Shown here one piece after another: positions 38,840 through 48,905 of a stretch of 64,000 nt of DNA. Both the position numbers and the translations under genes were made by a program. The notes beneath the pieces were generated by a model. It searched no databases, had not been told where the DNA came from, and saw only the letters and a program-made list of their open reading frames with translations. The stretch comes from Nitrospira sp. (GTDB lineage: Bacteria > Nitrospirota > Nitrospiria > Nitrospirales > Nitrospiraceae). Location of the stretch: assembly GCA_024998685.1 (NCBI GenBank), contig JACOEH010000010.1, forward strand, positions 47,789 through 111,788, in the 5' to 3' direction. The stretch's first letter is position 1; every line of letters starts with the position of its first letter.

Positions 38840-40036
38840 ATGACCGATACCGATACATTCCTAGCCGATCAAACTTGTAGAGTTTCATTGACTTCAAAGG
38901 GGTTTCAATTAGAGAATGTTTGTATGGGTACATGCCATTTGGTCCACTCATACACAAGACCACTTCTGTTCCTTATCAGTCCACTCCTTTGTTTTGAACA
39001 GGCCAATGGGAAGGACTTCAACCCCGATAACCCTCTTAACCAACCGGCACCGGTCTACTGGTGCTCGAACAAGACGCCCGACCAACAGATTTCAACGAAA
39101 AGAAGTTCAGACTGTGAGCCTCTCTATGATCAACAAGCGGCAGAATCTTTCCAGGAAAGTGCACGCCAACAGGGGTTTGATCTCCCCGACCGAGATCCGA
39201 TAAAGATCGTGGAATTGCAGAATGCAGCATCGAAGTTTTCCGACCGCTACAGGACGTTCCTATCGTGTTGCATGACCGATAATGACGCACCGGCAGAAAT
39301 CGTCGATTTGATCGATGAGGCCAACCATATTCTCAAAGCGGTTCAACAAAAAGGCATCTACAACTCGACGGGATTCGGAATTGGCAGCAGAGCAGACGGC
39401 AGCGCAGGCACTGGTCCAGGCAATGGAAGTGGAAACGGCGGTTTATTCGGCGGACCCGGGGCGGCTCCGAAGCTTGGCACATTTGCTCGCCAGTATACAC
39501 TCAGCGAGATCGTCGGTACGATCGCACGCGCACGTGCAGACCTGTTTCGACTCAAGGGACGCCTGAATACATTGAACGAGGCACAGCAAGGTCTTAGCGA
39601 AGTCGACTATGAAACCAGCGGCCGGGCCAAAGCGCAGATCCAAGAGGATGAAGAGGCGATCAAAAAAGAGTTTAAAGCCAAAAGGCCACCGTCATCAGCC
39701 CCGACCGGGATGGAGATTCAAGACACGACCTTGCGCTCACGAATTGGAGGAGACATCGAGGATACTAAGTTAAATTCACACTTCGGTGCGGACATCGGAG
39801 CCTCGGTATCTCCCTATAGCAATGTGGGTGAATCACTTCGCCCGAGGAGAGGGGATGATATTCACGACAGTCTACTCCCACATCGTCCAGGAACGGATAT
39901 CCAAGACACCTCCATGTCCAGCAGCACCGGGTTCGAAGTCGACAGCGCGCAAAATCGTGAAGGGACTTCCACGCTTCCACGACGCGGAGTCGGTGCCTCC
40001 ATCGGAGATTCCGACCTGAACAGCCAGAGACGATAG
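38840..40036 (+). CDS. Hypothetical exported protein with a Gly-rich linker and C-terminal ~13-aa repeats
   Basis: Long ORF; likely start ATG 38924 with a signal-like segment; repeats G-x-D-I-x-D-x-x-L. Confidence 0.75.
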   Translation: MTDTDTFLADQTCRVSLTSKGFQLENVCMGTCHLVHSYTRPLLFLISPLLCFEQANGKDFNPDNPLNQPAPVYWCSNKTPDQQISTKRSSDCEPLYDQQAAESFQESARQQGFDLPDRDPIKIVELQNAASKFSDRYRTFLSCCMTDNDAPAEIVDLIDEANHILKAVQQKGIYNSTGFGIGSRADGSAGTGPGNGSGNGGLFGGPGAAPKLGTFARQYTLSEIVGTIARARADLFRLKGRLNTLNEAQQGLSEVDYETSGRAKAQIQEDEEAIKKEFKAKRPPSSAPTGMEIQDTTLRSRIGGDIEDTKLNSHFGADIGASVSPYSNVGESLRPRRGDDIHDSLLPHRPGTDIQDTSMSSSTGFEVDSAQNREGTSTLPRRGVGASIGDSDLNSQRR

Positions 40037-40044
40037 TCCAATCC

Positions 40045-41061
40045 TTACGGCTTACCCCTGACCACCGGCATCGGCTCCCAAGTCTCTCCCCCATCTGTAC
40101 TGCGGTACAAACCGCTCCCGTTCGTGCCGGCATAGAAAACCTTCGGATCCGTCGCGCTTTGTGCGATTGTTCTAATGTTGGTGGTCATAAACCCGCTGTT
40201 GACCAACTTCCATGTCGAGCCGGCATCTTCGCTTCGATGCACTCCATCACGCCCCGTGATGTAGATTACGCCTTGACGCGTTCGATCGAGCACCATGGCC
40301 ACAATCATTTGATCGGCAAGTGACTCTCCAATTCGCTTCCAAGCGTCGCCGCCATCCGTTGATTTATACAACCCCGCGAGCGTGGCGGCATAAACGGTAT
40401 CGGACTCGTATGGATCGACCAGGATCGAGGTGACGTTCAGCGCCCGCGATGTTTTCAACATGTCCGGCGGAACCAGCCCGTTGTTCACTTTTTTCCAATG
40501 ACCGGCTTGATCGATGGATTTGTAGACGCCGCCGCTGGTGCCGGCGTACAGAATGGACGGCCTGGTCGGATCCATGCCCAACGTCACGACCATCAATACT
40601 TCTTTCATCCCCTCCATCTTCTTCGTCCATTGTTCGCCGCCGTTTTTTGTTTCAAACACACCCATCGTCGTAGCAAGAAAGATATGCTGCGCGTCGACAG
40701 GATCGAAGAGAAACTGATTCACCACGGAGGTGATCGTCGCATCATCAAGTCCGGAACGCATCGCTGTCCAGCGTTGCCCGCCATCATGGCTCTTATAGAC
40801 GGCATCGCCTTTGGTTCCCGCATAGACCGTCGCGGGATACGCCGGATCGATCGCCATGGCGATCACGCGGGAATAACTCATTCCCTGGAACAAATTCGCC
40901 CATGTCTGCCCGCCATCGCGGGACTTATAGATGTAGTCGTTCGTGGCCACATAGATGATATCGGGATTCTTGGGATGGAGTTGGATGACGACGATCGGAT
41001 CACTGCGACTGCACCCGAAGAAAGCAGCCGCAAGAACGAGGGCCGCTACGAGGTTTCGCAT
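40045..41061 (-). CDS. BNR/Asp-box beta-propeller lipoprotein (VPS10/Ycf48-like)
   Basis: Lipobox FFGC; repeated S-x-D-G-G-x-T-W Asp boxes. Confidence 0.88.
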   Translation of the reverse strand: MRNLVAALVLAAAFFGCSRSDPIVVIQLHPKNPDIIYVATNDYIYKSRDGGQTWANLFQGMSYSRVIAMAIDPAYPATVYAGTKGDAVYKSHDGGQRWTAMRSGLDDATITSVVNQFLFDPVDAQHIFLATTMGVFETKNGGEQWTKKMEGMKEVLMVVTLGMDPTRPSILYAGTSGGVYKSIDQAGHWKKVNNGLVPPDMLKTSRALNVTSILVDPYESDTVYAATLAGLYKSTDGGDAWKRIGESLADQMIVAMVLDRTRQGVIYITGRDGVHRSEDAGSTWKLVNSGFMTTNIRTIAQSATDPKVFYAGTNGSGLYRSTDGGETWEPMPVVRGKP

Positions 41062-41078
41062 GAGGGTTTGCACATCGC

Positions 41079-41576
41079 CTAGCGATAGTTCGTGAACTGC
41101 AGATCGATTTCAAAATCCTTGCCCTTCAAAAAGGCAATCGCCGACTGCAGCTCGTCCTTGCTCTTGCTCAACACCCGCACTTGCTCGCCCTGGATCTGCG
41201 CTTGGACCTTCAACTTCGAATCTTTGACCGCCTTGGTGATTTCCTTCGCTTTGTCTGATGCCAGTCCGCTCTGAATCTTGGCCGTTTGCCGCACAGTCCC
41301 ACTCAACGCCGGCTCGACCGCGCCTTGAGTGAAGGCCTTGAGCGATACCCCGCGTTTCACGCACTTGGCCTTGATGATCTCCTGCACTGCCTTCAACTTA
41401 TACTCGTCGTCCGAGACCACGACCAACTCCTTTTCCTTCTCTTTCAGCGTGATCTCGGTCTTCGAGTCCTTGAAGTCGAACCGCTGTTTGATCTCCTTCG
41501 TCGCCTGATCCAGCGCGTTCTTCAGCTCCTGCATATTCACTTCCGATACGACGTCAAATGAAAACTGATCAGCCAC
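41079..41576 (-). CDS. yajQ: YajQ family nucleotide/c-di-GMP-binding protein
   Basis: SFDVVSEV, RFDFK, QAQIQGEQVRV, DLQFTNYR. Confidence 0.97.
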   Translation of the reverse strand: MADQFSFDVVSEVNMQELKNALDQATKEIKQRFDFKDSKTEITLKEKEKELVVVSDDEYKLKAVQEIIKAKCVKRGVSLKAFTQGAVEPALSGTVRQTAKIQSGLASDKAKEITKAVKDSKLKVQAQIQGEQVRVLSKSKDELQSAIAFLKGKDFEIDLQFTNYR

Positions 41577-41763
41577 GATAGCCTCCTTCTTTACTCTTTA
41601 CTTACTTCATAGGAGCAACCTGGTTGATCCTCCAATGCGCATTGAACGAGCACATCGTTCACATCCAGTGCCCTCATCTTATAAGCAGATGTGCGCGTTC
41701 GACGAGCAAGGGGACGACCAGGCTGCTCCTTTTCCCTTCACACGCGGTGCGCGAGCACAGGAG

Positions 41764-41798
41764 ATGGAACAGGGCGCTCTAACAGCACCCTGTTCCAT
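41764..41798 (-). terminator. 15-bp hairpin spanning the cstA stop codon (possible terminator/stability element)
   Basis: atggaacagggtgct-gttag-agcgccctgttccat; TAG in the loop; no U tract. Confidence 0.45.
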
Positions 41799-43785
41799 GC
41801 GGCAACTTAAACCCCTTCTCTTCATCACGATGAATCGCAGTTTGCATCCGTCCAGCGGTCCCGCCGCCCGCCATCACGACAACTTCACTTGACGTAAACG
41901 GCTTCTTCAAGACCACGTAGCCATACCACTGCCTGATACTGTCGCTCAAAACAATCAAACCGAGCACCGCCACCAGCGCCACCAACACCGCGTCCAGATA
42001 GAGGGTGAAGGCCTGTCCCGCCGTCAGTGTCGCCGCTCTCTTCAGAAACATCCAAAACATCTCATAAGACCCGGTCACCGTAATCAACCCTACGAAGAGC
42101 ATCGGGAGCGCGGTCACCCAGAGATAAGGCGACTTCCACATTTTGATCAGCACGGTCGTCCCGATGCAGAGCGCCAACATACCCAGCAATTGGTTTGCCG
42201 CACCGAACATCGGCCAAATCGTCGAAATGTTTCCGGTTCCGATCAAATAGGCCCACGCCCCCACGACGAGCCCACTACTTAAGAAGACCCCCGGCAACCA
42301 ATTCATCCGGCGACAAGGCGTATAGATTCTTCCCACCATTTCTTGAATGAGATACCGCGCGACACGTGTCCCCGTATCAATCGTTGTGAGGATGAACAAT
42401 GCCTCGAACACCAGCGCGAATTGATACCAATAGGCCATCAGCCCAGCCATGCCGGGCAATGCGGAAAAGATCGACGCCATGCCGACTGCGAGTGACACCG
42501 CCCCGCCTGGACGGCCCGCCACATCGACTTCGACCAATTGTGACAGTTCGGCAATCCGTGAAGGGGCAAAACCCATAGCCATCAGCGCATCCGTGCTCAA
42601 CGTTGTGTTGATCGCCAAGTAGTCGCCGGGAATCAGCACCGAGGCCGCGATCAATGCCATCACGCCGACGAAGCTTTCCAGCAGCATCGCGGCATACCCC
42701 ACCACCGCCTGTGACTCCTGCTCAATCATCTTGGGCGTCGTGCCGGATGAGACCAACGAGTGAAAGCCTGAAATGGCCCCGCAGGCAATCGTAATGAAGA
42801 GAAAGGGGAAGAGCGTGCCCGGAATAATGGGTCCACCACCATTGGCGAAGGTCGTCACGCGCGGCATCTCAATCGTCGGCGCCATAAGGATCACACCGAA
42901 CCCGAGCAGAAGGACGACACCGAGCTTCATGAAGGTCGAGAGATAGCCGCGCGGCACCAGCAACATCCATCCCGGCAACACCGAGGCGAGAAAACCATAA
43001 CCGGCCAAGAGCCAGACCAGCGCCAGCTTGTCGAACTCGAAAAGCCATGCGTAAGACGACTGCGCAACGACGCGACCGAACAGTACCGCCGCAATCAAAA
43101 GTACGACACCGAGGATCGACACTTCGGCCACGGCGCCGGCGCGAAACTTCTGGAGATAAAAGCCCATGAGGAAACCGATTGGAATCGTCATTGCGATCGT
43201 AAACGTGCCCCAGGCATTATGGTAAAGCGCATTCACCACGGCAAACCCCAAGCCCGCTAGCGCCACCACCACGATAAAGAGGACGGCGACCGCCGTCGCA
43301 GTTCCGGTGACTGAGCCGAGTTCGTCATGAGCAATCTCAGGAAGCGAGCGCCCATTACGTCTCATCGAAGCCACCAGAATGACGAAATCCTGCACCGCTC
43401 CGGCCAGCACCGCGCCGATCACCAGCCAGAGAAACCCCGGCACGAATCCGAATTGCGCGGCCAGCACCGGCCCAAGCAAGGGCCCCGCTCCGGCAATCGC
43501 CGCAAAGTGGTGGCCGAAGAGCACGACTCTGTTCGTGGGATGAAAATTGACGCCGTCATTCAACCGCACCGCCGGCGTGACGTGCTGGTTGTTCAGCCCG
43601 ACAACTTGTCTGGCAATCCATCGGCCATAGAACCGATAGGCCACTACATAGATGCAGGCCGCCGCCACGACCAGCCAGAGACCGTTTACTTTTTCGTGGG
43701 GATTAATGGCGCCCGTCACGTGAGCAAGCGCAAGTGCACCGAGAACCGAGAGCAGTACCCAGAGCAGATTCACAGCCGCTTTCAT
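41779..43785 (-). CDS. cstA: Carbon starvation protein A family peptide/pyruvate transporter
   Basis: HHFAAIAGAGPLLGP, CGAISGFHSL, IWPMFGAANQLL. Confidence 0.96.
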   Translation of the reverse strand: MKAAVNLLWVLLSVLGALALAHVTGAINPHEKVNGLWLVVAAACIYVVAYRFYGRWIARQVVGLNNQHVTPAVRLNDGVNFHPTNRVVLFGHHFAAIAGAGPLLGPVLAAQFGFVPGFLWLVIGAVLAGAVQDFVILVASMRRNGRSLPEIAHDELGSVTGTATAVAVLFIVVVALAGLGFAVVNALYHNAWGTFTIAMTIPIGFLMGFYLQKFRAGAVAEVSILGVVLLIAAVLFGRVVAQSSYAWLFEFDKLALVWLLAGYGFLASVLPGWMLLVPRGYLSTFMKLGVVLLLGFGVILMAPTIEMPRVTTFANGGGPIIPGTLFPFLFITIACGAISGFHSLVSSGTTPKMIEQESQAVVGYAAMLLESFVGVMALIAASVLIPGDYLAINTTLSTDALMAMGFAPSRIAELSQLVEVDVAGRPGGAVSLAVGMASIFSALPGMAGLMAYWYQFALVFEALFILTTIDTGTRVARYLIQEMVGRIYTPCRRMNWLPGVFLSSGLVVGAWAYLIGTGNISTIWPMFGAANQLLGMLALCIGTTVLIKMWKSPYLWVTALPMLFVGLITVTGSYEMFWMFLKRAATLTAGQAFTLYLDAVLVALVAVLGLIVLSDSIRQWYGYVVLKKPFTSSEVVVMAGGGTAGRMQTAIHRDEEKGFKLPHGTGCC

Positions 43786-44097
43786 GCGCGGCATCCTAAC
43801 ACAAAAAGAAAGCATGTAGCCTGCTTGCAGGAGTAACCAAAAGCAAGGAATTGTTTTGTGGATATGCGCGGCCTATTGAATTAGGATTGCCCGCATTACT
43901 TTTGATCCAACTGGCCTAAGCCATGTTTCGGTAGTAAGTTTAGATGGCAGAAGATCAGGAATCAGCAGCTGATTTGGATCACCGGCGGACTCAGATGATC
44001 CTACTGGCCTTGCTCGTACGTTTTTCCTGAGCACCAGCAGCCATTAGCACACCCATCGACGCTTGCGGTTTCGCTTCGCTTCGTTCATATAAACTCT

Positions 44098-44775
44098 ATG
44101 TTCACCCTCATCCAATTTCCTTGGTCCCCCTTCTGCATCACGATCAGGCGCATCCTGACACGCCATCGTATTCCGTTTCGGCTCCACAATATCGCCTACC
44201 ATGATCGAGCTCCGATCATCAAAGCGACAAAAGGTCAGGGGCACACGGTGCCCTGTCTTATCGACGGGAGGCAGGCCATCTGTGACCTCACAGATTTCGG
44301 GCAGGAGGTTGCGCATTATGTAGATCGGCGTTATCGGCTTAACCTGTTTCCCCAAAACCTCGATGGGCTACAGCTAATTCTTTCACGCTATATCGAGAAC
44401 GATTTGGAGTCGGTGGGATTCAAGGTGAATGACACGTATGTGATTCCAACCCGCCCCCTCATCGAACGAACGATGCTCATTCGCCACAAGGAGCGGAAAT
44501 TTGGGAGAGGATGCCTCCGAGAATGGACCACTCATCGACGGTATCTGTGCACTCAGTTTGCGGAACTCTTGAAGCCGATCGACGATATGTTAGCGGCTTC
44601 GCTGTTTCTGCTGACCGATCGCCCGTTATTCGTGGATTACAATCTGTACGGCGTACTCGGCAACTACCTGTTCAACGGAAAAACTAAGTTGCCCAACCTG
44701 AAACATCTACGACGATGGTATCAGGCGATGGATACGAGGAACGCGCGTACTTCTTTCAATTACGGCCCACTCTAA
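44098..44775 (+). CDS. Glutathione S-transferase family protein
   Basis: WSPFC thioredoxin-like N-terminus, VPCL..D, C-terminal PLFVDYNLYG..LRRWY. Confidence 0.8.
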   Translation: MFTLIQFPWSPFCITIRRILTRHRIPFRLHNIAYHDRAPIIKATKGQGHTVPCLIDGRQAICDLTDFGQEVAHYVDRRYRLNLFPQNLDGLQLILSRYIENDLESVGFKVNDTYVIPTRPLIERTMLIRHKERKFGRGCLREWTTHRRYLCTQFAELLKPIDDMLAASLFLLTDRPLFVDYNLYGVLGNYLFNGKTKLPNLKHLRRWYQAMDTRNARTSFNYGPL

Positions 44776-44808
44776 TTCATCCTGCTTTTTGCTATACTCT
44801 TCCCCGCC

Positions 44809-45207
44809 ATGCCATCAGATACCCCGCCTTCGCAGCCGTCTCCCGCAGATCGCCGCGAGTTTTATCGCATCACCGTCACCTTGCCCATTTGTCTTCAGCC
44901 TGAGAGCGACCAGGCGGAGGGAACGCTCATCCAGCGGCCCGTCAACATCAGCGGCGGCGGCATCGGTATCACACTCAATCAGGTCTTCGCGGTCAATGAG
45001 ATTCTCTTTTGCACCCTGCTCCTTCCTGGCCAGGTGCTCTTTAAGTCCTACCTCGAAGTGTTGCGTGTTGACCTTATCCCCTACCCACACAACACGTATC
45101 GCCTCCATGGCCGCTTCGTCAGGATGACCAGTCAGGATCGAGAACTGCTGATCAGGCACATTATGCAGTTCCAGCGAGAACACCTCAATAAACACTACTC
45201 CGCCTGA
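44809..45207 (+). CDS. PilZ domain protein
   Basis: RREFYR (RxxxR) and NISGGG. Confidence 0.9.
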   Translation: MPSDTPPSQPSPADRREFYRITVTLPICLQPESDQAEGTLIQRPVNISGGGIGITLNQVFAVNEILFCTLLLPGQVLFKSYLEVLRVDLIPYPHNTYRLHGRFVRMTSQDRELLIRHIMQFQREHLNKHYSA

Positions 45208-45225
45208 GACGCTCCTCACCGCGCA

Positions 45226-45684
45226 ATGATTCAAGACAACTCCGAGGATCCCGCTTCGTCCCCGCCAATGGGGGGTTCATTCCGCCACGCCAGACCCCCT
45301 ACACTGGCCACCGTGGAATCCACACCTCCCTATTTTCGGCATCACTATCGAGTCCCACTCACCGTGCAATACCCCGTAATGTTTTCCGATGCAGAGACGA
45401 TCGCAGAAGGGAAGGTGATGAACCTCACAGTGTTCGGCTGCGCGATCGAGTGTGTCGGTGCCGCACCCCAGCGGACCACCCTCCGCGTACGGCTGATCCT
45501 CCCGGATCAGGCACAGTCACTCCCGGTCGAAGAGGCGGAGGTCCGATGGGTCCAAGGAAATAGAATGGGCCTTCAGTTTCACAAGGTAGAGCGGGCGGCT
45601 GATTTTCGGCTTCACGGATTTGTGTGGGATCGCATGATCGAGCGGCTCCGGACGATCACTCAGGAAGGATTTTCCATCTCTTGA
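45226..45684 (+). CDS. PilZ domain protein
   Basis: RHHYR and degenerate NLTVFG. Confidence 0.85.
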   Translation: MIQDNSEDPASSPPMGGSFRHARPPTLATVESTPPYFRHHYRVPLTVQYPVMFSDAETIAEGKVMNLTVFGCAIECVGAAPQRTTLRVRLILPDQAQSLPVEEAEVRWVQGNRMGLQFHKVERAADFRLHGFVWDRMIERLRTITQEGFSIS

Positions 45685-46667
45685 TCCTGCGGGATCCTGC
45701 CTTTTCCGACCGTTGCCAAACACAACAGTCCGATACCGATCCACACCAGCTCTCGGAACCTTCGCAGCAGCGCGAAGGTGATCCCCGTCACGTCACTGTA
45801 GCCGAACGTTTGGAGCAACAGGAGATTGCCGGCATCTTGGGCACCCAGGCTGCCCGGGATGAAGAAGGATCCGCCCTTGATAAACACCGCGAGTGCCCCT
45901 ATAGAGAGGGCGGACAATAGACTCACCGAACCACCGAGCAAATAGATGATCCCGAAGACTTCCATCGATTCGGCCATCCAGCCCAAAAAGTACACCCCCA
46001 TCGACACATAAAAGGCTTTTTGATGGTTGCGATAGAAATTCCGAATCGTCTGGTCGATCGAGCGCAGGTGCTCTTCCTGGGTTTTCAGAAACCGGACTCG
46101 CAAACCCAATTTCTTGACCAATGACAGAATCGATGCAAAGAGCCCACGCTGCTGGATGAAGACAAATCCTGCAATTGAACACACCAGGAGTCCGACACTC
46201 AACAGCGCTGCCGTAATCGTTCTCCCCGCTGAACTGCCGACACCCAGAATCCAAAAGGCAATGGCGATTCCCGTGAGGATATAGAACACTTCGGCGATCG
46301 TCATGGTCGTCTTCGCAATGACAACTGACGCGGCCCCCTCCGCCATGGGAACATCGTACCGTTTGAGCAGATAGACCTTCAGTGGTTCGCCCCCCAGGTA
46401 GGCGGTCGGAGTGGTCATATTCACCACTTCGCCGGCGCTCCGAATCGTCAGCAGTCGCCAAAACGGAACTCCTTGTGCCGCCCGGCCCAACACCACTTTC
46501 CACCCATAGGCTTCAACGGAATACATGAGGACCGATGGAATCAGGATGGCCAGCAAGGCTATCGGACCAAGTCTGGTAGCAGCCTCATAGATATTGGCCG
46601 GACCGATATGCCAGACCAGAAGGCTCAGAACGATGAGGCCAAGGGCTAGAAGGATATAGCGCAACAC
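45660..46667 (-). CDS. Flippase-like / lysylphosphatidylglycerol synthase TM (UPF0104) protein
   Basis: NMTTPTAYLGGEPLK, FFIPGSLGAQDAG, LLRRFRELVW. Confidence 0.88.
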   Translation of the reverse strand: MLRYILLALGLIVLSLLVWHIGPANIYEAATRLGPIALLAILIPSVLMYSVEAYGWKVVLGRAAQGVPFWRLLTIRSAGEVVNMTTPTAYLGGEPLKVYLLKRYDVPMAEGAASVVIAKTTMTIAEVFYILTGIAIAFWILGVGSSAGRTITAALLSVGLLVCSIAGFVFIQQRGLFASILSLVKKLGLRVRFLKTQEEHLRSIDQTIRNFYRNHQKAFYVSMGVYFLGWMAESMEVFGIIYLLGGSVSLLSALSIGALAVFIKGGSFFIPGSLGAQDAGNLLLLQTFGYSDVTGITFALLRRFRELVWIGIGLLCLATVGKGRIPQDQEMENPS

Positions 46668-46692
46668 GTTAGTCGGATGGTAAGCGCGACAT

Positions 46693-48129
46693 TTATGGCA
46701 GAAGAGATGACACTGCGGATGGGCGGATGACCCAAATCATGGCGCCGGCAAACAGCAAGGAACCGGCTGCCGCAAAGAGTAAAAACCAATAGAGTTGATC
46801 GAACAACGCAAACCCCAGTAAGGCAGCTGAGAAATCACGGCTGGCGACATTTTTCAACATGACGTCCGCCCAGGCTGCATGGACGGGGGTTCTCCAGCCA
46901 CTCACCGCTTTAATCTTTTGCGCCTTTTCGACAAGTAAGAATGAAAGGCCGTTGCCGAATACAGCGGCGGCACCTAGCGCGAGAGGTACCCAAGCGTTCG
47001 CTTGTCCCATATGAGTCGTGTAGAGTCCCACGGCGATGCCGGCAAAAATCGCCATGTGCACAATGTTGTCCAAAACGATATCGAGCCAGGCACCAAAAGG
47101 CGACTCGGTAAAGGTCAATCGCGCGACTTCGCCGTCACAACAATCAATGACGGCCGCCAATTGAAACAAGAGGGCTGCCACGATACCGGCACTGTACGTG
47201 CCCATCCCAAACCCTGCCGCAGCAACCAGACCGATACATCCGGCAAGAACCGTGATGGAATTGGGCGACAGCCCCATGGCGAGAAAGAGGCGCGTGAACC
47301 AGCGAGAGACCTTGCGATTGAAATAGCGATCGACGAACCCTTCAAATTCTCCCTTGAGCGAATTGAACAATTTCGTTTCGGCTGTTTGGACGTCGGACAC
47401 GTTTCGGACGGATTGATACCAAGCATCCCGCCTCTCTTCAGCCGAGACGAGCCGCACTCGACCATCCGCCTCGGCCCGCTCAAGCCACTGCCGGATCGGA
47501 GGGTTTCCCTTTTCACTCGCCGCTTGATTGGCGGTGCTCATCAGGCTTGCCGGCACGACCACCAGCTCGGCGACACGCAAGGCCGGATCGTCGAAACGAG
47601 GAGGGGCGAAAAGCGTCGGGCGACCGGACGGGACTTTCGATCGCACATCCTGCACCATGAACCGATCGACCTGCCTCTGCGGGGCTTGAGAGACCACGAT
47701 GGCCTGACCGTCCTGTATATCACGCCGCAACCGTTCGATCAGCCCTCGAGAGAACACGCCATTGCAGCTCGCGACCAGCGCAAAGCCATGCACTTCCGCC
47801 GCCAAGGTTTCCCATGTCCGAGGATCATCGAGAGGAAACTCACGGATCGGCATCCATCGGACGGGAATCGTGACGCGCGGCCCTTTGCCCAGCGCCTGTT
47901 TCAGCTGCTCCTCCTCGGAACCGGAAAGGACGATTAATTGGCGCATCCCCGCTCGTTGCAAAGTGAGCACGGCCCGTTGGAAGAGCCCGATCCCCACGAC
48001 GTTCGTCAGAGGTCCCACGTCGTCACCCTGCGACCCAATCGGACCGCCGAATACCCCGACAGACGGCAGCAGAATCGCCGTCGCCAGTCCTTGGATTTCG
48101 GCTCTTCGTTGAAGGGTGCTCTTACTCAT
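46693..48129 (-). CDS. CDP-alcohol phosphotransferase with a degenerate N-terminal nucleotidyltransferase-like domain
   Basis: DCCDGEVARLTFTESPFGAWLDIVLD signature; GFVDRYFNRKVS as in DIPPS-like enzymes. Confidence 0.88.
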   Translation of the reverse strand: MSKSTLQRRAEIQGLATAILLPSVGVFGGPIGSQGDDVGPLTNVVGIGLFQRAVLTLQRAGMRQLIVLSGSEEEQLKQALGKGPRVTIPVRWMPIREFPLDDPRTWETLAAEVHGFALVASCNGVFSRGLIERLRRDIQDGQAIVVSQAPQRQVDRFMVQDVRSKVPSGRPTLFAPPRFDDPALRVAELVVVPASLMSTANQAASEKGNPPIRQWLERAEADGRVRLVSAEERRDAWYQSVRNVSDVQTAETKLFNSLKGEFEGFVDRYFNRKVSRWFTRLFLAMGLSPNSITVLAGCIGLVAAAGFGMGTYSAGIVAALLFQLAAVIDCCDGEVARLTFTESPFGAWLDIVLDNIVHMAIFAGIAVGLYTTHMGQANAWVPLALGAAAVFGNGLSFLLVEKAQKIKAVSGWRTPVHAAWADVMLKNVASRDFSAALLGFALFDQLYWFLLFAAAGSLLFAGAMIWVIRPSAVSSLLP

Positions 48130-48185
48130 GGCTTCCCTTAGGCAAGGTCCGCTCCATCGGACATCCTATCATGGGAAAGACTTTC

Positions 48186-48905
48186 TCATAATCTTGGCGA
48201 AACTTCCAACTCGGCTTTTCTTATGTCTTCGCTGAAATCGATCTCGGTCCAGGGCAGACCGCCGATCCGTTCATACCCGACCCGCACATCCTGAAAATAC
48301 GGCAGCAGCGCGTCCTCATACTCCATATCCCATGAACCTCTGTCGATGTAGCCGCGCAGCGACGACACGACACGAGGCGTGTCGGCATGCCGGACGCGAA
48401 GGAATCCAATCCCTTCACCGGCGAAGTCGTACTGTTCCGGCATGGTCTTTGTCAGTGCGACGACTCGGCCTCCCGCGACGACCACCATGCATTCTTCTCC
48501 GGTTTGCTTCACCGTCTCATCCATCAACAGCGCATTCTCAGAGGATGACGACACCAGACGCCGTAGGATTTCCGGATGGAACAGCACATCGGCATCCATC
48601 ACGATCGTATCGTCGTCGAACGCGGTTCGTGCGATCCACAGCGAGGAAATACTGCCTCTGTGAAACTGCTCGTTGACCAGAAACGTCACGTTGACGCCGC
48701 ACGCATCCTGGGCGACCGCCGTACGAATCATTTCCTGCTTATACCCGACGACGATCTCGGCCCGGCGAATCCCGACAGAAACCAGCGACTCCAAGTAACG
48801 ACGCAAAAGCGACCGTCCGCCGATCTCGATGAGGCATTTCGGACGATGCTGGGTCACTTCCCATAGACGTTTTCCCACTCCCGCTGCAAGAATAACCGCC
48901 TTCAT
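48186..48905 (-). CDS. Cytidylyltransferase (LicC/PntC-like)
   Basis: LAAGVGKRL..PKCL, MDADV, WTEIDFSED. Confidence 0.88.
   Translation of the reverse strand: MKAVILAAGVGKRLWEVTQHRPKCLIEIGGRSLLRRYLESLVSVGIRRAEIVVGYKQEMIRTAVAQDACGVNVTFLVNEQFHRGSISSLWIARTAFDDDTIVMDADVLFHPEILRRLVSSSSENALLMDETVKQTGEECMVVVAGGRVVALTKTMPEQYDFAGEGIGFLRVRHADTPRVVSSLRGYIDRGSWDMEYEDALLPYFQDVRVGYERIGGLPWTEIDFSEDIRKAELEVSPRL

Noticed and set aside
41585-41612. Short ttactct/ttactta repeats upstream of yajQ
   Set aside because: Single degenerate arm with no complementary partner.
43940-44050. Possible further heptamer element upstream of the GST gene
   Set aside because: Period-7 pattern and arm complementarity are too weak by eye.
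6673-47937. Many long antisense ORFs (e.g. 6673-7383, 17244-18080, 25527-26264, 33515-34420, 47002-47937)
   Set aside because: They are shadows of well-supported genes on the opposite strand with no recognisable motifs.
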